Assembly: GCA_964057225.1 (NCBI GenBank)
Contig: OZ059897.1
Location: forward strand, 14,198,001-14,262,000
Reading direction: 5' to 3'
Length of the DNA: 64,000 nt
From: Auanema rhodensis
Taxonomy: Eukaryota; Animalia; Nematoda
In this document: one piece after another, positions 53,592 to 64,000 of the stretch
Numbering within the stretch: position 1 is the stretch's first letter
Layout of the letters: every line of letters begins with the position of its first letter
The notes under the pieces: model-generated
The model's database searches: none
What the model was told of the DNA's origin: nothing
The model's input: the letters and a program-made list of their open reading frames with translations, nothing else
Program-made: the position numbers and the translations under genes

Positions 53592-56500
53592 TACAGTTAT
53601 TCTGTTATTCCTGAGATTAAACTTTGAATGTTCATATTCATTTTCAGAAACTTTTGATGAAAATCTCAAATATTTAATTTAATATCATAATATGTTTTTA
53701 TCATTTTGAATTTTATTAGATTATCAAAAAAAATTTATAAACGTTCACATTTTCGTGGATATCTTAATAGTGCTTTTTTTGATGGAGATGTTAGCTGGCT
53801 AAGTTTCATGATAAGGACAATTGAATCCTATCTAGAATTTTAAAATCACAAGTCTATTTGATAGATGATTGACGTAAAAAAGACAATTATTTTCCATTAT
53901 TCTCAGCTTTCTTAGATGAAGCACAATGAATTGAATTTGAAAGTTGTAAAGATACATTCTTCTTGAACTGTGATAATTATTTTATAACTATGCCAGTCAT
54001 ATTTTCTTTTTACAAAGGTCATCATATCAATCAAGCTAATATGCCTGATAAAAAAGTTACTGTACTTATTGATTATCAGAATCGATATCTTGTATTTCTG
54101 TTACCATTCTAAAAGATAGCACATGCATCCCTCACGTGAAGCACGTGACAATTCAAATTTCATTTCGTTTTGACATTGCCAATGACTGGTTGCTTTTTTT
54201 ACTTCACAATGTGTAGGAACATATGCTAGATATTGAGGTTTGTTTATCGTTTTTTATTCTTATTCCAACTTTTTATTGGGCATTTTGAATCTGATTCTTT
54301 TGTCCTCACTTGCTATGCTTTAAGTTTTCAATTACTTTGAACGTAACTACTTGCAATAGCAATGTATGCGAGAACAGCTCTAGGATAATCCGTTTTCAAA
54401 ACCATTCTTACAATTTTCTTCATATACATATATTGAAAAATACGATACAAATTGACTATTCTAAAACCGAAAGACAATAATTTCGATTTAGTGTTTCACG
54501 AAATCTATTCAAGATATAACTTTACTGCTCAATGTAGCGTATTGAGTAAATTTTCTTAAAACCTAAATAAATCAATAATTAGGTTCGAGGGCTTGAGTTC
54601 AGCTTAATATTGTCTATACATTGTGGATTCATGCAAAGTTCTTCTTAGACATATGCATACGCCTGCAGGTCCTTATATATTGCCTTTGATTGTGTTTCAA
54701 ATATGACCACATCATATCCATATTCCAAGCTTTCAAAACCAGAAAAAAGATGCATTGTTCATAAGTCTTTGAACATTAGTGATGTGTGCATACCATATTA
54801 TCGCTTCTCTTTATTTTTCATACGAGAAGAGATGTAAATACAATATGTTCTTCTTCTTGTTAGGTTGTTGTAGAGATACAGTGCTTTCATTCTTTTCTTG
54901 TAACATCTTCAACTACATGTTCACATACTTCTGAATCTTTCTCTTTTATACGCTTTGCATTCCAATTCACGGAAACGTTTAAATAATTGCAAATTACTAG
55001 TTCAGTGAATAGCAGTCGTTTTGTAATTAAAGTTTTTCTTTAAGTTCATTTTATAAATAACAAATGATGAATTTATATGAATTCATAAATGCGATAGAGA
55101 GCTCTTTAAGTGAATCATAAGGAATGAGGGGCTGGGAGCTTAGCAATGGACTCTCAGGGCACATTTACACAAACTATTTCTATCCCGTTTGCTCTCTCTC
55201 TTTCTTTCCATTTCTCAGCTTGTCTATATACTTTCCACTTCCTTTAGTTTGAGCATGGAGGAGGGTTTTTAGCAAATTCAGACTATTTGGATACTTGTTT
55301 ACATCGTGAAGTGTTTCTCTCTATTTGGCCCTATCTGCTCTTGTAGTGACTGCTCATTCTCACAAATACTAGATCATTATTTTCTAGCTGTTATATAAAA
55401 TCATAAAATTTATTAACTAATAAAAATGTATATTTAAAATATAATAAAATAATATAATAAGACAAAAATATTAACGTTGCCAATGGTTTCCTGCCACCTA
55501 TGAATATTCAGTTTTTTTCCTATCTAGGTTTAAGAAAATGAAAAATTTTATGTTTCCAACCATTTTTTCGAAAAATCATCTTTTTCTTTTTAGTTTCAAA
55601 AGTTTTTTGATATATTATATTCAAATATTTTGCAATGTGTGAATACGAACCTATTGTGATTAGGTCACATGCCTTCACAACCACAATACAAACAAATGAG
55701 ATTTATTTGAAATATTTGTAGCCTCAAAGTACTCAAAGAGGTCAATTCAGCTGAGCAGACATGCTCAAATCTAAGTTACTTCAACAAAGCTTTTAACACG
55801 ATTTTCTGCGTCCCTTATGCTGATTTATAGTTTTGTGTGTATGAATGATGGGAGTGTAAATTGCTTTAACATATAATTCAGATTAAGTTTGCTTCACCAC
55901 TACAACTACTGGCAGTATCGAAAGTTTTTCACGGTCCACAAACTTTGGTTTGGAATATATCTAAAATCAAGAACTAGTGTTACTCTCATCAATTTCTCCC
56001 CAGAAAGGCAGCCCTACACATACATGGTATTATTATTTTTTTTTATTGAATTTGCTTTTAAATTATTTAAAAAAACATAAAATTTTTAATTTCTGTAACT
56101 ATATTCTTGTGAATCTGGTTCAAATGCTAATAGAGTTTAGTACAAACAGCATATTTTTCATATGAGAATAGAAAATCTTAATATCTGGGATTGAAATAGA
56201 ATCCTTTTACCTCTATTTATAGCTAACCGATATTCGATATTATTTCTTTTAATAAAGAAAAGTTTTTCCAATCGATTTCTTGTAGTATATATTGTTTGTA
56301 TAACATAAGCTGATTCATTGTTGTATAGACATTACATAAGAAAGAGGATGATTTTCCTATCAGATTATTGAGAAACGTTGATGTACCTTATAAGCGCAAT
56401 ATTAGTGATAAAGTCATATAATTTAGTTGATCATTCTCATTTGTCATTTTTATTTTAAATACTACTAGTACTATTATTAGGATTCTAAAATATATATTTT

Positions 56501-59500
56501 TATTTTTATTATGAAATATTCATAATTTTAACCCACTTAGCGCAATATATAATGTAACTGAAAGTCTGTTCATTACAACAAGGAACTGAATTAAAGTCTT
56601 CTCATTCATATACCTCTCGCTTATATTTACTTTTCTCACTTTCTGGCTACCTGTATACACATATCTAAGCTACATTTTTGATTTTAAATTTGATGACGAA
56701 TCTAGAGTAAATATATCTTAATATGGCAAATGCGAATGTTTCACCAGAATGTTGCTATCATAAAATTTGGTAAAAGATAAATTTTAAATTACATTTTTCT
56801 ATCTATCTAACTATATACACGTTATTTGTTTCTTTTTATATTAAATTCACCTACTGATTTTAGATAATAATATTTGCTCTTACAATGAAGTAATGGAACT
56901 TGCTACCTTACTTCTCTATAATGTTGCAGTTGTTGTTTTTGGATTAAACATCTGGAAACTATTTCCTCGAATAAAAGAAAATACAAAGGAGATTAAAACA
57001 GGTGCTTTATCGTTTTTTAGTTCTAAAGTTGATGTCTCGGCATATGTTTATACAATCCGCTTCTCTGTGATATGAGATCCGTCTGGAAGTTTGTTCTTCC
57101 TTGTTTGATATGATAAGAAATTAGTTTGAAAGCTATAGAAAGTTGAAAAAAATGGTCTCAGAACGAGACGAAAATTGATAAAAATAAAAGTTAAATATTT
57201 ATAGATCAGAAAATGAAAATTAACTAAATGGATTGTTCCCTCAACTGCTCAGATCGTTACAGAAATACCCTTCTGCTAATTCAAGGAACAACAAAACTTT
57301 TTCTAAGTTCATCATACGTTTATATGTACATGTATTCAATAAATTCCGTATAAAAAACCTTAAGAAAGAGTTTTAATTATTCGAATAAATTTTAATTGAA
57401 GTCAAAATATAATTAATTTGCTTTGCAATATGCTACTGATGTTGCTATTGTTGCATGCTATATTCAAGAGAAAAGAAAAGTTCCTTTGATGATATCATGA
57501 AGTTTCAAAAGTCACGATTCATAATATAAAGAACTACAACTATATGAAGAATGGCCATCGAATGGATATTTTAATTTCAATTTTATTATTTTTTTTTACA
57601 AAAATATATTAATATAAAACCATAAAAAATATCAGGCTTTAAAAGGTATTTTGATATTCAACCCAGACGATAACTCGTACTTTTAAAAATATCTAATAAC
57701 GTCATATTGTTATTTAAAAATTTATGCCAAAAGCAGCCTGGTACGATCTGCAAAGTATAGCAACATACATATGCATGTGGCTCTATTTAATCATTATCTC
57801 ATTATATGTTTCATGAATCTCGGGTTATAGTACATAAGATCAAATGTCGTTTAATTAATTTAAATTTCCATTTGATAAATGAAGTTTTGGTAGGCTTCTC
57901 ATTCTTTTGACCCTGTTAATCTTTGTGTAATTCTGATTTAATTTGGTTGTATCGAACTAGAGATGCAACGAAGTAGTAGCATCGAGGAGATTTCTTCTAG
58001 CATTTCTCATTACTTGCCTGTTTGAGCTTTATTTAATGATGACAGTACGACCTCTATGTTGTAAAAGCTTCAAATCGGAATCTCCTGTGGACAGGTTTTC
58101 TATGTAATCACTTAAGTTGTTTTTGAACATTTTATCCTAAGTGAAAAGCGATGAAGAATTTCGCGAGAACTTTCTGTTCTATTCGTTTTCCCTTTTCTTC
58201 TTGCTTGTTATTAGCCTTTATTTCTTGTTCATAATCAGAATCAGTGTTGTCATCGTACTCTCTCGTATGCTATCATTATCTTTTATCTTCTTATTCCTTG
58301 TGTTCTAACAGAATTGTCGTCGTTATTAAAGACGTCACAAACACGGGATTGTTTCCGACCAAAAACATAATCATTAACCTTCCCCGGTACCAAATAACAT
58401 ATTAGATAGGTTTTCAAAATATTAGAGTAAAATATAAGATTGATTTCATTGATTAAAAGTTTTATTTTTTCTAACAAATAGAATCATTTCAATTAGAGCT
58501 ACAGAAGGTGCCGAACGAAAATGTTTTGGGAAACAGCGACCTCGCCCATACGCATCAGGATATAGATCACACTGGATTGTCAAGTTTTTGTTAGAGAATG
58601 CCGTTTGGTGCCCACGGCAATGAAATTGTCAACATTTTGTATTAGGCGAAGCAAAAAAAAATAAATTAAAACCTGCAAAACACGTGAAGTTAATCTTTAT
58701 CACACCTTCATTTTTATTCGGCTTCATGTTGTCATCCTACACATCGTGATCCTTACTTCCTTTTGTTCCAATTTATCTCTTTTTTTCAAAAAGTGTTTCT
58801 TAATCTTTTTATACAATCATATCACATATCTCTTAAAAATTATGTCCTCTGAATTATCGCATCACACGTCTTATCATTGTTTTCATTTAGTTCCAATAAT
58901 AATATTACTCCGTTCTATCCATCTTTAATCGTTTGGAAATAGATCACGTATTCCAAGAGTGTATTATCAGGTTTGTAGATTATCTTATATCCTTTTTTTG
59001 GATGTGCAATTTCAATTCAAATTGTAAGTCAGAGAATTGTTTAATTCGGATTTAGAACACTTATGAGCTGAACCGTATATCATTATCACTAAATCACCTA
59101 CTCAAAATCAAATCTCTGTAAATCTGAATAAATTTCTGAAACAGAAATTTCTAAGTAATATGTACTACTAAAATTCTTTGACAAGCTCTTGCTAAATGAT
59201 CCGATTATTATGTTTATTTCAGACAAAGATATGCATACATACTTATACAAATAGACATGTACATGAGATACATGTGTTTGAGAAATCTTCACACATCTGT
59301 CTATCAGAAAATCTCAAAATGAACTGAAATCTATTCTTTTAAAAGTTTGATAATTCATCTTAAAATCAAGAACCGAAAAACACAGTATATTTAATATTTT
59401 CTACCAACAATGTTAATCTCATCGGGGATCAAGATTTTTGCCGAAAGAACATTTCCTGTTTTTTATATATTTTATCTATTCTTCTTGGCTCAATATTGTG

Positions 59501-61369
59501 TCAAATATCCCAAATTATTTTCTTATATATTTTGTATATATGTTGCAAAATTAACCAAATTTTATGAAATAACTATCTAAAACGAATAAATAATGAGCTA
59601 AAAGATTAAAAACTCTATTACGAATAAATTACATTTTTAATTTATATTTTACTTTAAAGTAATTATAAGATTTTGATATTTCTTGGTGTCTTTAGTTATA
59701 TTCTCTTCTTCAAGATCAAATACATACATATATCTTCTACTTCATCACTAAGCAGAGATGAAACAATTTGATGAGAATCTTCTCATTAAATGCTATTCTA
59801 TTTTAGGATCATGATACTACTCATTTATGTCTTTGTTTTTCTTACACTAGCTTTTTACTTATTTAATTTTTTTCCTTTTCCTTTTTTATTATTTTTTTTG
59901 AAAATTAGTAAATTTAAGAGTTATATATATATTGTTATTATTATTTTTCTAAATATCTATTTCAGTAAGTACTTGGAAAGAACCTATTACCTCTCAAACT
60001 ATTCAAAACCTTTAGATATAACTGATGGTTTAGCTCATATTTCTACTTATACATATACTAAAGAAGCAATATATTGTTTAGAATACGTTTTGACAAATAA
60101 ATTTTACAAATTATTTGAGAAAATTTTCTGAAAAGAATTATTTGGAAGAAACAGAAACCATTGCCTTTGTCTCGTATACCATAGCTTTTTCATTTCTTAA
60201 CTAGTAATTTTCACCCTTTTGCGAAATGATAAATTATTTTTTTTTAATAAATAAATTTTGGATTGGATATGAAGTAGCGAAAATTGTGACGACAACTTGC
60301 GTTTTAAGCGTCCTACGCTGTTACAGTTAAGCTTCACCTACATATGAATATCTATGAATTTTTAATTTTTTCATATTTAATTGAATGAAACAACTGCAAA
60401 TAATAATTTGATAATGAATTCAGTGTTCTTATATCTAACTAATTTATATTTTAAATTTATTGTTTTAATTATTCTTTTATCCCAGATAATATTATGATCA
60501 TTAGATGTTTCCCTATATGCTTCTTTTTTTTTTGCAAAAATGTCTTGACATCTTAATCAGAATGTACTTGAAATTTGAATTCTTTTTTCCACGATGTTAT
60601 TCCCACTAATTCCACAACAAAAGGATTTAAAACAATGATGAATTTTTGTAGATCGTCTTACCAGCTATTAGATCAATCTGATTTTACATAGAATCCCACA
60701 TAAAGTGCATCAGTGAGATTCGTTGAAAAACTAAATTTGAATTATTGCAAATGGAGAAGAAGATTCAATAATCTCATGTTAAGCTTTGGTTACAGATACA
60801 GACTTCTGTGAATTAAATAACATCTTCAATATTCTCATTTGAAAACTTTAAACGTGTGCCATCTTCCAGTTTTTTCATTAAACTCCTTTTTTTTCTTTTT
60901 TAGTTCTACTTTTCTATGTGATCTAGATACTTTTTTTATAAATTGTATTTGGAAGTTTGGATTAGCAGAAAATGCTGAGAATAGTGTTGTAACAATTTTC
61001 TTCTAAAACTAGTGGATCGTAATATGGAAGATTATGAATCATACCCATTAGACAACGTTCCAATCATGTTCAGTCGTTTCTCCTCTTACCACACCCAGAA
61101 CTAAGTGAAAGACTTATATGCCATATATCATTTAATTCATTAGTTTCTCTTTCTAGCATTTACGAAACAAGTATAGCTAGAACATCTCCGTCTTCATTCC
61201 TCATTCATCCAATTATTTTGTTTCTACTGGGCTTGTCTAAGCATTTTTCCTTAGTAAGTTTAATTCAAATATATTTATAGCAAAACCCTGAACATGTATG
61301 TTCTTTTTGAATTTCCTTTACAAGTTACTCCTTGCTCTATTAGTAGCTCCTTTTACATAAGATCTCAGT

Positions 61370-61510
61370 CACCACCCTCACCACCCACCCCGATATCTGA
61401 CGTCAGAGGTCATTCCCTTTTTCAAAAAGATTTATATCCAGCTTGAACGCCTACCAACTTGACTTAATTTCAATGCGCATATAAAAAGAGATAATGTCTT
61501 ATATAAAGAG
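61370..61510 (+). promoter_or_regulatory. Putative Pol II promoter cluster (CCACCC boxes, palindromic CRE, TATA)
   Basis: CCACCC repeats at ~61370-61390, TCTGACGTCAGA at 61396-61407, AGGTCA immediately after, TATAAAAG at ~61480 and TATAAAG at ~61502. Confidence 0.4.
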
Positions 61511-62891
61511 AAGACCCGGAAACATTTCTAGTATTCCATTAAAATTTAGAAGTATTTTGATATATACTATGCTATTCTATTTGAAACATTTTGAAAGAAC
61601 TTATTATTATAAAAGATTATAATATTTTACTTTTTATATAAAATAAGTTTATTTATATAATATTTATCTTTTATTATAATATATTTTAAGAACAAAAAGT
61701 AAAAAGAACTAAATGAATAGATATATTTATGATTGTTGCAAAGTATTCTTCTAGATTAAAAGATTACTGACATTTATTTCTTTTATTTTTCCATCATATC
61801 ATATCATAGTTTATATTATAAACATACATATGTTCCTAATTCGTATTTAAATTCTCAGAAATCGTATCCTCATTTCATAAAAGCATTAAAGTTCATCCAC
61901 TTTTCCAAAAAAAAATAAACAAATTTAGAAATTATTTTCACATTATTGTCTCCAATGAATAAATACATGTATATTGGTTTTTTACCCTTCTTTACTCATG
62001 TTCTACAGGAAAACACCTGGTTTTCATAACACTTTATGATTGACGACAATTTCATTTTTGATTGAAAACCTTTGAAAATGTTGAGAGTAAAGAAAAGCTT
62101 ATTCTTAAAAGTTGCTTGACTCCTATATCAAAAGATATATATATAAAATCTTTATTTTCTAGAAGAAAACTTGAACTTATATTGTTAAAGTTGAAAGTAC
62201 GACGTTTACTATATATATACTATATGACATACTTTATACAATACTTTCTTAAGCAATGCTTTTCTCAGTTAATAACTTGGGACAATCATATACATGTATA
62301 TTTGAATATGTAAGTGTTTAGCTATTGAAAATCATTGCAAAGCTTTTATTTCGAATCCTTATGCTCACTACCGCCTACATATTTGAAAGATTATTGTATA
62401 TTTTAAGATTGCAATTTAGTTTTCTTTGTTTAATACAGACATGCGGACATTGCTTTGAAACATTGCTTGCAGCTATTTAAGTTTATAAAGATAAATACAG
62501 AAAAATAAATATAAATATATAATAATACATATTAGTATATCTTGCAGTTTTATAATCTCGTTCTGAATTTCGAAAATCTTCCCAACAATGTCGTGGTCCA
62601 TAACCACTTCTCTCGTATTATCCAGTATACAAATAAAATTTTCTTCTTCATCTCTAAGCTATTATAGAAATATTATGTTAGAAATGAAAGGAATAAAGAG
62701 TGAATGGTTATGAAGAGAAATTCCCAGCATAAAATGAAGGTTGATCCTTAAGACAATCTTTGAATGCTAAATATGTATTTAATTGATTTATTTAAGTTCT
62801 AACATCTACTATTAGTATATTATACTGGTTTCATTTCTTACAATAATAGAACTTTGATATGTTAATAATCTATATTACTTGTTTTTATAAA

Positions 62892-62902
62892 AGAAAGAGA
62901 GA

Positions 62903-62952
<50 letters not shown>

Positions 62953-62967
62953 AAGAAAGAGCGAGAG
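62892..62967. repeat. (GA)n/(GAAA)n microsatellite
   Basis: Direct reading. Confidence 0.95.
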
Positions 62968-64000
62968 TTATAATACATATGTATTCACATAAGTTGAATC
63001 AACGCTGCAAATAGCTTTGGTCAATGTAACCTAGTCTTCCATTTTTTTTGGACTTAGTCAGCTTTTCTGATAGCTTTAGTGCAATCTGTTTGAGTGGATT
63101 TGGATAATTACGATGAAAACCGATTCTGTCCATTTAAATTTCTTTTTTTCCCACGTGCCACGTGAAACGTTTCTTCTTAACGTCATTTAAGCTAATGACA
63201 CCAGTAAGGACGGTTGCAGTTAATCTTCTTAACAAAACTGAATATAACGCATTTCAATTTAATAAAATAAGATTTGTAACCTTGTGTTCTTCATCTTAAT
63301 TGATATTAAAGTGGCTAGTAATTTATTTTATTCTTTTTGGAATCGTATCTAGGAATAAATTTCATATAATTTGCATTTCAATTGTGAAAGCAAAAATTTG
63401 TGTAGATTAAGCTTATTTAATTCATTTTCCGAGAATCATAATATAAACTGAACGTTCTTGGATTCTTTCTTTGTTTTATCACTTTGTTTTCATTTTTTCT
63501 TTTTTTTTGTATTTTGCTTGTCATATAGATAAACTCAATTTTTAGTACATAAAACAAAACTAAAGCCCGGAAAATATAGTAAATTCTAGAATTTGGAGCA
63601 TTTTTATTGTGGCGGAATTTATGTACGAGTTGCAAGAGATGCTTATGTTTATCAAACTAGGTTTAATATGTACAAAGACGATGAACTATGAGACATGTAG
63701 TTGAAAAAGTTCTAATTTCAACCTATTCTTGTTTGATAAACTCCTATTGACTGTGGATGTTTACGTTTCATCTTCATAATTTTAATTTTTTTCATTCTGT
63801 TGAGCACTTTGGACATGTTTCTTGTATTATCAACATACTGGAACAATTTATAATTATAAATAATAATCTATTTTTATTTTTTTTCTTCAAAAAAAAAAAT
63901 GGTTGATCAGAACAGATGAAGCTCGATCTTTTGAAAAACAAGTTTAGTTCTATTTTTGGGCTAATTTTAATATTCTGAACAATTTTATTTCTTCTAATAT

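Noticed and set aside
1-64000. Prokaryotic features (CRISPR arrays, IS elements, bacterial operons), intact tRNA/rRNA genes, transposase or RT ORFs
   Set aside because: The sequence is intron-rich eukaryotic DNA; none of these were recognisable by eye

Overview
AT-rich genomic DNA from a rhabditid (clade V-like) nematode. Evidence: short ~40-55 nt GT-AG introns, trans-splice-like acceptors just upstream of ATGs, and nematode-specific families (transthyretin-like, serpentine chemoreceptor). The supplied ORF track mostly shows exon fragments, so I spliced exons by hand. This resolved about 15 multi-exon genes: a partial serpentine chemoreceptor, eyg-1 (Pax/Eyegone), a ttr-family gene, a UGT, a Lys/Ala-rich secreted protein, a single-pass micropeptide, a divergent UBR3-like E3 ligase with a TMEM272-like gene nested antisense in one intron, a TSSK-type kinase, an S28 serine carboxypeptidase, a TEX2-like SMP lipid-transfer protein, an orphan type I membrane protein, brap-2, pink-1 and a tig-3-like TGF-beta ligand. 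The last ~10 kb has no recognisable gene. Most notable: (i) a strongly relaxed 3' splice-site code with frequent AAG and several frame-enforced GAG acceptors, (ii) the nested antisense gene, (iii) a UBR box with an altered N-degron pocket, (iv) a TGF-beta ligand lacking both the furin site and the dimerisation cysteine. All gene names come from recalled motifs, not from database searches.
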